Positions 44,745 to 59,058 of a stretch of DNA of 64,000 nucleotides are shown here, one piece after another. The stretch is from positions 77,562,001-77,626,000 of the forward strand of contig OX597831.1 in NCBI GenBank assembly GCA_951406725.2. The letters run 5' to 3'. Under the pieces are notes generated by a model that saw only the letters and a program-made list of their open reading frames with translations, did no database searches and had not been told where the DNA came from. The stretch comes from Octopus vulgaris. Its lineage: Eukaryota. Numbering within the stretch: position 1 is the first letter of the stretch; every line of letters begins with the position of its first letter. The translations under genes and the position numbers were made by a program.

Positions 44745-45515
44745 TTCTCTGTTTCTTTTAGAGAAACGTTATCATCTGTTGGTATTGATACATCAATTAA
44801 AAAGCATTTTTTTTTTCTTGGTGATATCTGACAACTATATCCGGTCTATTAGCCTTGATTTCTCTATCTGTGTGTATTGGCATATTCCAAAGTATGGTTG
44901 CTTTCTCACTTTCTGTGACCTTTCCTGGCGTGTGCTTATACAATCTTTTTCCTGGTGCTATCCCATAGTGCTGTCATAGCTTCCAGTATATATAGGTCCC
45001 AACTCTGTCGTGTCTATGAATATATTCCTTCTTAGCCAGGACTGGGCAGCCTGAGACAAGGATCTGTTGTTTCTTCTCCATCACTACATATTCTGCAGTT
45101 AATTTTTTTTTCATTACGTGTTTTTGGTGATTTCTGTAGGGAAGCCTTTGATCTTGTGCTGCAATTAAAAATCCTTCAGTCTCTGCTTTGAGTCCTGAGC
45201 TTCTCAGCCATTGTTGGGATTTTGCTTTGTCTATTTCCTTTCTGCTTAGTTTAACACAATATTTGCCATGAAGGGGCATTTTTTTTTTGTCATCGTTTCA
45301 TCCTCATCATCCGTTGCTGTTTCAGTTTAATTTGGATTTCAGTTGTTTTACAGCTTTTGTTGTTTCTTCTTTTTCTTCATAATTGTTAGGTTCTGTGACT
45401 TGTTTTGTATTTGCCAACTTCCTTAAAGAAAGAAAACAGGTTTTTTTTGTTGTGTTCGTGTTTTGTGGTTATTTGTATCAGTTTCCCTTGCTTCTGATGT
45501 AGGTATTTCTGCGGG
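44745..45515 (-). mobile_element. Degenerate R4-clade element (family C) RT-end/RLE fragment
   Basis: MPLHGKY...WLRSSGLKAETEGFLIAAQDQ...GCPVLAKKEYIHRHDRVG...ILWNMPIHTDREIKANRPDIVV...LLIDVSIP. Confidence 0.88.
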
Positions 45516-45547
45516 TCTTGTGTCTATAATAGGAAGGATTGTTATTA

Positions 45548-46680
45548 TTTAAGGTGGGCAGCTGGCAGAATCATTTGCACGCCGGACAAAATGCTCGATT
45601 CTCTGATACTTCTTATGCTTGATTTTCTGACTCCTCTTATGCCCAATTTTCCTCTCAATGTATTTGCATTTTGTTCGTCTTTACTTTCTTAGTTCAAATT
45701 CCACTGAAGTTGACTTTGCCTTTCCCTTTTTGGAATCGATAAAATAAGCACCAGCTGAGCACAGGAGTCGATGTAATCGACTCGACCCCCCCCCCGCCTA
45801 AAAAAAGCATAACAAATCTGGCCTTAATAAAGATGATGTATATGATATATTAGCAGACTCGTTAGTCCGCCGGGAAGACTGTCCGCACCACTTGTTCTGA
45901 CTTTTGATGTTCTGAGTTCAAATCCCGTCGAAGTCAATTTTGCCATTCACCCTTCTGGCTTCGATAGAAGAGAGTACCAATCAAGTACGGAGATCAATGT
46001 AATCAACCAACTTCTTGTTCTCAAAGCTGCTGACGACGGGCCTAAACTAGAAACCCTTATTATAGAAGCGATGAGCCCAGTAATATGATGCACTGGAGAA
46101 AAACTCTGCCGTATTGATTCTGATTCTTTAGGTTCCCCAGTTAATTCCATCGGGTTAGACTTTATCCTTCATCCTTTCGGGGTTTATAAAATAGAGCACA
46201 TTTACAGGGATCGATGTAAGCGATTTGCCCCCTCCCCTCAAACCTGCTGGCTAGATACTAAGATTGGGAAGAATTATTATTCAAGCATAGAGATAGCAGA
46301 ATCATTGGCATGCCGGATAAAGTGCTTGGTGGCATTTCTTCCGGCTCTTTACATTCTTAATTCAGATATCACTGGGATGAACCTTGCCTTCCATCCTTTC
46401 GGGGCTGATGAAATTAGTACCATTTGGTCATAATCGACAGCTCCCTACCTCTCAAAATTACTGGCCTTGTGCCTGAAGCAGAAAATAAATGGCGGTGAGT
46501 TGGCTGAATGCTTAGTGGCATTTCTTCCAACTCTTTCCGTTCTGAGTTCAATATATACCGGGGTCAACTTCACCTTTTTTTTTGTGGTGGGTATATGAAA
46601 TGAGCACCAGTTGAGCCCTGGATACGATGTAATTAACTTGTCCCTTCCCCACAAATTTCAGGCCTTAAGCCTATAGTATT
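45548..46680 (+). mobile_element. Cluster of about five old, degenerate SINE B-like copies
   Basis: Repeated GTTCAAAT.CC..GA.GT..ACTTTGCC / CATCCTTTCGGGG motifs near 45690, 45915, 46160, 46390 and 46545. Confidence 0.65.
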
Positions 46681-47353
46681 ATGTATGTATGTGTCTGTAT
46701 GTATATGAGCACGTGTTTTCATGCATGCACGGTATATGTGTACTTACGTATGTATGTATGTATGTATGTATGTATGTATGTATGTATGTATGTATGTATG
46801 TATGTATGTATGTATGTGTAATTGTGCATGTGTGTGTGAGAAAGAAGGGGAGACAGGAGAAAGAGGGAGAGAGATAGAATGAAACCTTTTAATTTTTTCT
46901 CTCAAACATCCAAACGAGCGACATTCCAACCTGGGGTAGTTCTTTTATGATACTAAGAAAAGTAAAAATAATAAAAAAATCCTCAATGTTTCAAAGAATG
47001 AAAGCAGCATTAGTACCCTACAGTGATGAGAAAATTTCTGATAGGGACCATAACAAGACCCTACTTCTGTCGTGATTCCCTTTTCTTCTATCCTTCTCCT
47101 ATGTAATACGTAGACATTTAAGCTAATATTGTCATTTTGGGTACATTGGGTGGTCTATATTTTCATTTCCTGTCCATTGAATAAGTCATCCTTTATCGAT
47201 TTTTACAGCATGCTTCATCGCATCACCGCCTCCTCCTATTACTACCCGTCCACATACCACCCATACACACCACCCGTATGATCGGGGTAGCGGTTCGTTT
47301 TTACAGCTTTTCATTTCGTTCATCTATTGTATTTATTGTGTCCACACTAACAT

Positions 47354-47385
<32 letters not shown>

Positions 47386-47781
47386 TTTCTTTTCCTTTCT
47401 CTCACTCCCCCTCTCTCTCTGACACACACACAGATACACATACATACATATGTACGTACGTACGTACGTACGTACATGCATACAAATGTGAATTACAAAT
47501 ATATATGTATATATACACTTGTAATGCGTGTATGTATATTAGTGGTATATGGATAATATACATTATGCATGCGTGTACATAAGTATACATATATGATTTA
47601 TATCCATTTCTATGCACGTCCGTGGGTGTGCTTATGTGTGTGTGTGTGTTTATTTGTGTGTGTATATTTTTATAAATATATTCATACACACGTGCGTACA
47701 CATATGTATACACACGTATGTATGTGTATACACAATGAAGATTGTGTACAGAATAAGACACAAGGAAAGAAAGATACGTGA

Positions 47782-47914
<133 letters not shown>

Positions 47915-48309
47915 ATAAATCAAAAGAGACACACACACACACACACACACATCTATTTGTGTGTGTGTGTGTGTGTGTTTTATGGTTCTGGGTAGACAAG
48001 AGTACGTGTAGGCAACAATACAATTATACAAAAGGCTAGACGAGGCACTGTACTTTCCATTCATGAGTATGTGTGCATGTGTGTTGTATAAACACATACC
48101 TGCACATGTATATAAGAAATGTATATTGTATGTATATATATATATATATATGAGTGTATGTATGCGTGCATGTATATGTGTAAACACACGTGTCCATATA
48201 TGTGTATGTACGTGCGTGCGCAAACATAATGCATGCATACATACATACACACACACACACACAAACACACACACAAACACACACACACATATATATATAT
48301 ATATACATA

Positions 48310-48717
48310 TACTCTTTTTACTCTTTTACTTGTTTCAGTCATTTGACTGCGGCCATGCTGGAGCATCGCATTTAATCGAGCAACTCGATCCCGGGACTTA
48401 TTCCTTTGTAAGCCCAGTACTTATTCTATCGGTCTCTTTTGTCGAACCGCTAAGTAACGGGGACATAAACACACCAGCATCGGTTGTCAAGCAATGCTAG
48501 GGGGACAAACACAGACACACAAACACACACACGCATATATATATATATATACATATATACGACAGGCTTCTTTTCAGTTTCCGTCTACCAAATCCACTCA
48601 CAAGGCTTTGGTCGGCCCGAGGCTATAGCAGAAGACACTTGCCCAAGATGCCACGCAGTGGGACTGAACCCGGAACCATGTGGTTGGTAAACAAGCTACT
48701 TACCACACAGCCGCTCC
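48310..48717 (-). mobile_element. SINE family A, full length
   Basis: Reverse complement of 3047-3480. Confidence 0.9.
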
Positions 48718-48733
48718 TTTATATATATATATG

Positions 48734-48765
<32 letters not shown>

Positions 48766-48953
48766 AGTGTGTGTGTGTGCCTCTGTTGTATGTATTGAAT
48801 GCTCCTTTAACGTTACCATAAGCCAGCTACAATGGCTCTTATTTTCTGCATCAAAACCAATCCGTCGGCTGTCGAACCATCTCACTCTTTTAGATGATCT
48901 CTAAGCTAATAAATTCAGTCATTAACAACGATGTTCTTTGACACACGGAATAC

Positions 48954-49027
<74 letters not shown>

Positions 49028-49059
49028 GTCTGTCTATCTGTCTCTCTGTCTGTCCGTTC

Positions 49060-49113
<54 letters not shown>

Positions 49114-49689
49114 TCCACCATCTCTTTCTCTATCTCGCCCTTCTCCGAATAAAGACCACCAATATGGTTTCCGTAATGACAAAACCTACACTTCTTTGTC
49201 AGATACCTGTGGGTTCTCATCATGAATACATTTGGAAGCAATGTTGTGGTTTTCCTATCAGCAAAGTCTTCGGCCATGTCTAGTGCGCTAATTTTTCTCT
49301 AGATATTATCCACTTTTGATCTCCGGCCGTCTCTCATTTCTTGGATCAGTAACTTCGTCTTTTATCTCCACAAGTGTGACGTGTGTCGAACTCTGTCATA
49401 CAGTTCTTCGCTCTGTTAAACCCAGCGTACCATTTGCTTCTAGGTTTCAAGCATCTGGTAGGGCCCTCACCATTCTAATTCTTTCCCCCACAAATATCCG
49501 ACTTGCTGCAATGTTCAGCAAATCCCACATGTGTGCCCTTGAGAGGACGCTGTATTCCTTCCTAACGTACCCGAACAACACCTTATCAATACCCTAAACA
49601 CACACACACACTCTATGGACACCTCGAAAGGTTGAGGCAGCGCCAAGTTTGTCTTTTAAAACAGCAAGAAGAAAAGAAGGCTACTACCT

Positions 49690-50070
49690 CTTTCTTTACT
49701 ACCCACAAGGGGCTAAACACAGAGGTGACGAACAAGGACAGACAAGCGGATAAAGTCGATTGCGTCGACCCCAGTGTGTAACTGGTACTTATTTAATCGA
49801 CCCCGAAAGGATGAAAGGCAAAGTCGATCTCAGCGGAATTTGAACTCAGAACGTAGCGGCAGACGAAATACCGCTAAGCATTTCGCCCGGCGTGCTAACG
49901 TTTTTGCCAGCTCGCCGCCTTTTTTTTTTTTTGCCAGCTAAGTGGACTGGAGCAACATGAAATGAAGTGTTTTGCTCAAGAATACAATGCATCGCCCGGT
50001 CCAGGAATCGAAACCATAATCTTACGATCATGATGCTGACACCCTAACCACTAAGCCACGTGCCTCCACA
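49690..50070 (-). mobile_element. SINE B (49690-49921) abutting a SINE C-variant head (49930-50070)
   Basis: Both motif sets are present, joined by a T-run. Confidence 0.85.
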
Positions 50071-50745
50071 GATAAGAAGGTTACTACATCATATAAAACA
50101 TCACCACAACATACCTAGATATGAGCTGAACCCATCAAGATTTTTAAAAAGAGTTTTCGAAATGTTGGGTCCCGTCATCACTAAAACCCTGTCTTTAACA
50201 TATGATCACGTTCTAACGACCGACCCTTCTCTTCAGGGTCACAATATACATCACCCTTTCCTTAACGATTATTGATACTCTACAAAGCTCAGGTGAAATC
50301 CCCAATACAGTAAAGCTACTATTTGCTGATATTTTTGACTCAATCCAGAAAAGGGTCGTTTAATGGAAAGAAGAAGAAAGAAGACATGCACCCAACACCA
50401 GAGAAGACACCTCCGAAAGCGGGGGGTGGGGGGCGCCACCTTAAAACGGTAGAGGAGTAGAGGCCAAAACCGTACGTGGTTCCTCCCGATGATGTCTTGA
50501 GCTAACTGGATCCTCTAAAGGAGCTGATGTGGTAGCTGCCCACGAAACACGGTTGAAATTCCTCCTTCCTCACACATACACACTCTTCAGTCTGTGCCTT
50601 ATTGATACACCACCTTCTCTCTAAATCTGTTCCACCAGTTCCGTAATGGCCTCTGCTTCTCATAGTTTTTTCTGGCCTTATGTTATCTTTACTCAGACGT
50701 TCCTAAATCACTCTTCTTTTTCTCATCACCATTATGACGTATACC

Positions 50746-51017
50746 TATTTCTTTACTACCCACAAGGGGCTAAACACAGAGAGGACAAACAAGGACTGAC
50801 AAACGGTTTAAGTCGATTATATCGACCCCAGCGCGTAACTGGTACTTATTTAATCGACCCCGAAAGGATGAAAGGCAAAGTCGCCCTCGGCGGAATTTGA
50901 ACTCAGAACGTAGCGGCAGACGAAATACTGCAAAGCATTGCCGCCCTACATGCTATCGTTTCTGCCAGCTCGCCGCCTTTTTTCTACTATAGACAGAAAA
51001 TATGCGCCAAGATAAGA
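50746..51017 (-). mobile_element. SINE B insertion with 22-bp target-site duplication
   Basis: CATCACCATTATGACGTATACC at 50724-50745 and 51018-51039. Confidence 0.9.
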
Positions 51018-51378
51018 CATCACCATTATGACGTATACCGAAGGCCAAAATAACCAAGTCTTAAAGACAAAGAGGCGCGACTAGAGGGAGATTTGGCTGT
51101 TATATTTAGCAGGTAGGATGGCCATATAGAAGATCATTTGTTATCTCTTTCTTATCATTGCTCTTGTTGCATTTTGTTATTTGTTATCGCTGTTGTCCAC
51201 GTCCTTCATTTTGTAGCTTTTATTGTTCTTATCATTCTTTTTATTTATTCATTTATTTTTTTACTGTTCTTCTTGTTGTTGCTGTCTTTTAGCTGCTACT
51301 GTTACTGGTGATGTTGCTAATGTTGTTACTGCTGCTGTTGTTGTTGTTGTTGTTGCTGCTGCTGCTGTTGTTATATAT

Positions 51379-51973
51379 GTTTCTTTACTACCCACAAGGG
51401 GCTAAACACAGAGGAGACAAACAAGGACAGACAAACGGATTAAGTCGATTACATAGAACCCAGTGCGTAACTGGTACTTAATTTATCGACCCCGAAAGGA
51501 TGAAAGGCAAAGTCGACCTCGGCGGAATTTGAACCCAGAACGTAAAGACAGACGAAATACGGCTACGCATCTCGCCCGGCGTGCTAACGATTCTGCCAGC
51601 ACGCCGCCTTGTTGTTATAGTACTGTGGTTATTGTTGTTATTGTTATTATTGTTGTTGTTATCGTTGTTGCTATTGTTATTGTTGTTGTTATCAACTGTT
51701 ACTAATATTGTTGTCATTGTCGTTGTTATTGCTGTTGCTGTTGCGAGCTGGCAGAACCGTTAGCACGCCGGGCAAATTGCTTAGCAGTATTTCGTCTGTC
51801 TTTATGTTCTGAGTTCAAATTCCGCCAAGGTCGACTTTGCCTTTCATCCTTTCGGGGTCGATAAATTAAGTACCAGTTACGCACTGGGGTCGATCTAATC
51901 GACTTAATCCCTTTGTCTGTCCTTGTTTGTCCTCTCTGTGTTTAGCCCCTTGTGGGTAGTAAAGAAATAGGTA
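51379..51973. mobile_element. Inverted pair of SINE B copies (51379-51610 minus; 51743-51973 plus)
   Basis: Both carry the full body and GGGTAGTAAAGAAA tail; separated by ~130 bp of (GTT)n-like sequence. Confidence 0.9.
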
Positions 51974-52451
51974 TTGTTGTTGATGGTTCTCGTTATTGCT
52001 GTTGTTGTTATTGTCGATAATGTTGTTGTTTTTGTTGTTGTTGCTGGTGGTGGCGGTGGTGTTAATTTATTGTTCCCGCTATTATTATTTCCAGTTATTT
52101 GTATTATTTGCCTGGTTTTGTTATTTCAACTCATTTCCTATCAAAATGAATTTTTTAAATATTTCATTATCAGAAGTTCGAAAATATGCGACAAGATAAG
52201 ACAAGTGTGGAGACAAAAGGATGTCCTTATCGCTCGGCTATTGATCTTTGAAGAATGTTTGTTGGACTGGGTGACTTTTAGTGATAATGGTGGCTGGGTG
52301 GCGAGGCAGAGGAATGCGGTGGGGAAGAAACTAGGTAGGACAATACATAGGTGAAAGAGCTGGCTCGTTTGCAATAGTGTAAGTTGTATCCTGGTTATGT
52401 AAGCATAATGAATTAAAAAAAACAACAACAAGAACAATAATAATAATAATA

Positions 52452-52775
<324 letters not shown>

Positions 52776-52874
52776 ACTACTACTACTACTACTACTACTG
52801 CTGCTGCCGCTACTACCACTACTACTACTAATAATAATAATAATAATAATAACAATAATAATAGTAATAATAAC

Positions 52875-52930
<56 letters not shown>

Positions 52931-52938
52931 TAATAATT

Positions 52939-53738
52939 ACACAATCAATTCCATGTAGTCACAACAGAAGTTACACAGTCATTTCCAAGTAGCTACAATA
53001 GGTAGGATTGGATGATGAAAGGAACCCCCCAAAAGTGACAGAGAACACTATAGTGGCAGCGTAAGACGAAGCTCTGGCCACGAACTTGAGTGTCAACCTT
53101 AGAAATGGGCAAGTATCTCCGCTGTGCCGCATCTGCAATAGAGTGTATAAAACCATTGTCCATATCACAAACGAATGCTCTAGGCTTGTCCCAAACCACT
53201 ACAAGTTGTGGAGACACAACCAGGTAGCAAAAGTGCCACATTAGAAAGTGTTCGGAAAGTGGGAGCTAGAATGAGGTGAGACGTGGTATGAGAACAAACC
53301 ACAGAGAGTGACGGAGTCGGAGACTAAGAAAATCCTCTGGGATTTCCCAACCCAAACAGATCAGGTCCAAGAGCATAACAGACGGGACCTAGTAGTGCCC
53401 CTCTGATCCACGAATAGTCAAGAAGGATAGATAGATACAACCCTCTTAAGTAGGAAATAGCGTGGTTATGGAAAATGAAGAAGGTGAAGATATTGGCAAT
53501 TATTTATTGCTGGGTTCTTGGGGACAGTATCAGAAGGCATCAAGAGGAATATCAAGGAAATCGGAAAAGAGTCTCCAGTAGAACTGTTGCAAAAGGTTTT
53601 CCTCCTTGGCATGGCCAGAATAATCAGGAAAATATTAGCTGAAGAGAACGAATAGCATGGTGCCGTAGGCTGCAGGTAGAAAGACCGGTCTGCATGCAAG
53701 ACTCCAGGAGTTCCAACGAAACCTGTGATAAAGAGAAA
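52939..53738 (+). mobile_element. Degenerate R4/Dong-clade element (family B) 3' end in (AAT)n arrays
   Basis: TENTIVAA*DEALAT...SPLCRICNRVYKTIVHITNEC...WRHNQVA...ILWDFPTQTD...LLQKVFLLGMARIIRKIL; distinct 3' UTR followed by (AAT)n. Confidence 0.85.
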
Positions 53739-53832
53739 TAATAACAATAACAATAACAATAACAATAATAATAATAATGATAATAATAATAATAACAATA
53801 ATAGTTATAATAATAATAATAATAATAATAAC

Positions 53833-53872
<40 letters not shown>

Positions 53873-53958
53873 GTAATAGTAATAGTAATAATAATAATAA
53901 TAATATTAATAATAATAATAGTAATAATAATAATAATAATAATAAGTACAACAACAAC

Positions 53959-54018
<60 letters not shown>

Positions 54019-54054
54019 AAGAAGAAGAAGAAGAAGAAGAAAAAGAAGAAGAAG

Positions 54055-55066
54055 AAGAAACAAGCACAGAAAAAGCTAAGCGCATGAAAACCCGTGCTAA
54101 AACTGCTGCCTTAGATATTCTGAATGATAAATGGCAAGAAAAACCTCTCAATGGCATATACCCAAAGAGAGTGAATAATGCAGATGTTGACAAAGCCCTG
54201 ACCCATCAATGGCTAATGGCCTCTGGCTTAAAATCTGAAACAGAAGGGTTTATCATAGCAGCTCACGATCAATGCCTACCAACAAGGAACTGCCAGGCCA
54301 ACATTTTAAAGAACGGCAGTAGCACAACATGTCGTGTATGTCAACAACAAAATGAAACCATTGATCATGTTGTCTCCAAGTGCAGTCTTCTAGCGCCTAC
54401 AGAGTATCTCAACAGGCATGATAGAGCTACTCAATATATTCACTGGGTAATTTGCAAAAACCTGGATTTGCCCCATGATAAAAACTGGTGGGAACACAAA
54501 CCACCTCCAGTGCTTGAAAATGACCACATCTCACTCCTCTGGAACTTCATCATTCAAACTGACAGAAAGATAGATGCGAATAGGCCAGACATCTTATTGA
54601 AAGACTTCAGACAAAGAACATGCCTCCTCATTGATATGACTGTCCCAATCGATATAAACGTATCTGTCAAAACCTACCAAAAACTGAGCAAATATAAAGA
54701 TCTTGAAATATAAATCAGCAAAATGTGGAACCTGAAGACTAAAACAATACCTGTTGTCACAGGTGCCCTGGGAATGATAGCAAAAGGGGCTGATTGCTAC
54801 TTAACTCAGATACCAGGAAACCCCAAAATGGCAGAAATTCAAAAGATAGTGCTCATGGGAAATGCTCATATCCTACGCAAAATACTTTCTTTGTAATCTC
54901 AAGTTTTAAAACAAACATAATTTTCGTATGGTCTTTTTAGACATTCACTAGTACAACACTATGTACAAAACCAAATATATGGCACACTAGGCATAACAAC
55001 AACATGAACTTCCAACTTGTTGTCTCTTGAGGTCTCTGGGTGAGACTTGGAGCCAACTTGTACAAA
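54055..55066 (+). mobile_element. R4/Dong family A copy 3 (RLE region plus most of the 3' UTR)
   Basis: ORF 54084-54713 nearly identical to copy 1 (CRVCQQQNETIDHVVSKC, RHD, RPDI); premature stop at 54711; same 3' UTR. Confidence 0.93.
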
Positions 55067-55310
55067 TATATCCTATATATTTTATCGATCCCCAGTCTAT
55101 TGACCAGAGCCTTGTGAGTGGATTTGGTAGACGCAAACTGAATGAAAGCGTGTTGTATATATGTATGTGTGTTTGTGTGTGCGCGGTGCATCCGTGCTTG
55201 CGTCTGTGTGTGTGAGTGTGTGTGTATTTTCCCCAACTCCGCAACACAACAACCAGTGTTGGTGTGCTTATATCCAAGCAACTTAGCAGTTCAGCAAAAG
55301 AGACCGATAG

Positions 55311-55516
55311 CGTGACCGCGGGTTGTACCGTTGGCGATTTTTTTTCCTCTGTCTTCCCTTCTCTGGATCTTTCCTTCTCCTATATTTCCGACGAAGAGCT
55401 CCACTCGAAAAGTTAAACGCTCCTTCTTTCCTTCTTTCCTGAGCGTCCAATAATACTATATTTGTTCCACGTCCTCGCGTTGTTGTGTTTTTTGTGCTTT
55501 CTTGTTTGGATTAACT
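55311..55516 (+). mobile_element. Short Penelope-like element with degenerate minimal hammerhead (55384-55418), inside a SINE A remnant
   Basis: ATTT-CCGACGA-A-GAGC-TCC-ACTC-GAAAA-GTT-AAAC; homologous to 15400-15608. SINE A sequence stops at ACCGATAG (55310) and resumes at AAGTACTG (55561). Confidence 0.68.
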
Positions 55517-55517
55517 T

Positions 55518-55563
<46 letters not shown>

Positions 55564-56515
55564 TACTGGAAACGATACATTCGACTCAACATTCTTCAAA
55601 GAATGTACCCCAGCATGGCCGCAATTAAATGACCTAAACTGGTAAAAGGTAATGACGGAAATAGGTAAGACATGAGCACGGTTAAAGATTAAAACAAAAA
55701 TATACAAAAGCAAAAACGATTGAATTTATCTTTCAGCCCGACATTTTGATGGTAAGACGTTAAGTCTTCCTAATCAACATATGGTTAACCTCAAATTTGA
55801 ACCTTTGGCCCTGGATAACATCTATCAAGAAACATGTGGCCAACGGCGCTAACCACCCAAAGCGTTTCATTGGCTTGCTGTATGTTTTGTATGTAATAAA
55901 ATGAGAGAGAGAATGATTTTGTATTTAATGGAGATGGAAACGACCAAAGTAAATCGTTTATCAACACGTCAAAGATTATCTTTCCAAACAAAATGGATTG
56001 TACTGCTGGTTGTGTTTTTATGATTACATGCATATATATATATATGTGAGTGTGTGTGTGTGTGTGTGTGAATATATGTGTATACGTGTGTCTGTGTATA
56101 CATATATATATATATATATATATTTATTATTACCACACAGCCATACAACTATATTTCATAACCAGTTGATCTAGCAAGCGGGGCCTGATATCAGTGAGCG
56201 GGGCCGGTGCGCATTCATGCCGTCGAGAGATAGGCCCCCGGAACGGCGCACATTCTCTCCTGATGATCCCATACACTTGCTGGCTTCGGGTATGCGGGGT
56301 TCTCGACTGGTAGCACTTGCATGTGCAAGTTGTTTGCAAGAAATATATACTTATGTCAGTACATATGAGCGCGTACATGATATAACGCTAAGTATATCAA
56401 GGAAAATGGTTTTCTGTGCACACATATATTAACCTGTATGGATGTTGAGAAAATCTGAATAAAGATAACAAAAACAGATAATAATTGGATTAGTAATAGT
56501 AGTAATAGTTATAAC

Positions 56516-56561
<46 letters not shown>

Positions 56562-56565
56562 GTAA

Positions 56566-57053
56566 TGTACATTGTTTTGTCTTGGTATAAAAGATGGGCT
56601 ACAGCAAATATTCTGCTCAATACCACAGATTTACTTGTCAGTTGTTTGACCTTAACCAGCTGAGCATGTCCCTTAGTGTATGACGATATGTGCATCTCTG
56701 ATCTCGAGTAGAAGTAGTGGGGGAGCATCATAGCCATGTGTTTAGAGGGATTCTTTCGGGTTTGAATGATTCACCTTTGGAGACATGGGTGTTTCGTTCA
56801 ACATCCTTAAACAATCCTTATTCAGAGACCTTTTTAGCGGGATGGGCTACTCGACCTGAAGAAATTCTAACTGGGCCCCACCTGCAAGGTCATGTGCTGT
56901 TTATCTTGATATGAGATCACCATGTCGCGCACATATGGTTGTGATACATGTGCCTGGTGTACCCTTATCAGACGGGTAGTCATGATGGGTATACTGGGCT
57001 TCGTATATTTGTACCCCAGTGTCACTTTGATGGCATGCACTGCTCTCTCACTC
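56566..57053 (+). mobile_element. ~490-bp non-coding element bounded by (AAT)n arrays, probably a retroposon 3' end
   Basis: Complex sequence with sharp (AAT)n boundaries on both sides; no convincing ORF. Confidence 0.45.
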
Positions 57054-57072
57054 AATAATAATAATAATAATG

Positions 57073-57135
<63 letters not shown>

Positions 57136-57138
57136 TTG

Positions 57139-57169
<31 letters not shown>

Positions 57170-57206
57170 TAATAATAATAATATTGAGAATAATAATAAT
57201 AATAAT

Positions 57207-57237
<31 letters not shown>

Positions 57238-57306
57238 CAACAACAACAACAATAATAATAATAATACTAATATAATAATGATAATAATAATAATATAATA
57301 ATGATA

Positions 57307-57364
<58 letters not shown>

Positions 57365-57924
57365 CAAAAATAATAGTTAATAATCGTTCTTTGACCAATT
57401 CTTTTCAAATAAATGGAAGATATATTTACAGGTTTCTTTATCGTAATAGGATTCTCTGAGTTGATCAATTACGTTTATAAGCAGAGGAGGTAACGAACCT
57501 CATCTCTCTTTATCGGCCTCGCTCTGTTTCTTCTCCACATTCTTCTTCCTCATTCTCTGTCTCTCTACCTTCCCGCTCTCTCTCTCTCTCTCTCTCTCTG
57601 ACTTCTTGTTTATCTCTCCATTCCTTCCTTCCCCCCGCCTCCTCTCTCTCTCTCGTGCTCATCTTTTTATCTCTTTCTGTTTCTTTGTTCATGCGAAGTT
57701 TTGACAGAAGGTGCCACCCCCTAACTTCCTGCAGTCCACCCCCAAATATGCTTTGATCTTACCCAATAGACAAGTTCCAATACATACAGAGTGTGTCTAT
57801 AATATATATATATACATATGCGTGTGTGTGTGTGTGTGTGTGTGTGTAAATGTGTGTACGTGCGAATATATGCGCGGGGGCATATATATATAATATATAT
57901 GTGTGTATGTGAGTATGCGTGTAT

Positions 57925-58064
<140 letters not shown>

Positions 58065-58512
58065 TCATACATATATTATATAAGTATGTGTGAGTGTACA
58101 CTTAAAATTATATATACTCACTCAGTCATTTACACACATGATTTTGCGAATTGCTATTCGTCACTAGTCACGGATAATGTGATAGAAAATGGCGACGTAC
58201 TTTGATGTTGCGGTGTTAACCTGTGCTAACACCCGATCTATATTTACATATTTACAAGAATGAAGAATGCCAAATATATGTACGCACACACACACACACA
58301 CACACACAGAGCAAATGGTAAATGTATTCCTTTCAAGAGCGAAGGTAAATGAACGCATCAACGAATCTGACTGTTCAACCATAGAATATTTTAAAGTAAA
58401 AATTTTAAATATGCCATCATTTAGAGGAAAGGAAACTCTGACGTTAGCTTTCTCAATAACTACGGAGTTGGTTGATCTGCTATGTAGTAACCCGGTTAGC
58501 TAGAAATAGCAG

Positions 58513-58550
<38 letters not shown>

Positions 58551-58593
58551 GCATACACACTGCTGTCTGCAAAGACTAAAACAGAAACTACAT

Positions 58594-58914
58594 AGGCATC
58601 GCTGTGTGGTTAAGCGGCTCGCATTGCAAGCTAGATGTTACAAGGTTCAGTCCCATTGTACGATACTTTGAGCAAATGTCTTCTGCTTACAACCCTGGGT
58701 CGACTAATGCCTTCTAAGTGGATTTGGTAGACGGAAGCTGAGTGGAATTCTGTCGTTGTGTATGTGTGTAAGCGCAGGCCTACTCATAAAACACACATGG
58801 TTCCATTTTCAGTCCTACTGCGTGGCACTTTGGAGAAGTATCTTCTAGTATAGCCTCGGACCAACCAGAGCCTTGAAAGTGGATTTGGCTGAAGGAAACT
58901 GATAGAAGCCTCTC

Positions 58915-58916
<2 letters not shown>
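58594..58916. mobile_element. Two degenerate SINE A 5' halves (58594-58760 and 58788-58916), both reading on the plus strand
   Basis: GGTTCAGTCCCATTG...GTGGATTTGGTAGACGG and TTCAGTCCTACTGCGTGGCAC...GTGGATTTGG. Confidence 0.7.
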
Positions 58917-58957
<41 letters not shown>

Positions 58958-58962
58958 CATAC

Positions 58963-59056
<94 letters not shown>

Positions 59057-59058
59057 TA

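Noticed and set aside
49170-50520. Possible coding fragments around the SINEs
   Set aside because: Multiple stops and no motif I can identify; probably old retroelement debris.
56260-56315. CTGATGA hammerhead or C/D-box core
   Set aside because: No GAAA after the stem and no matching box partner.
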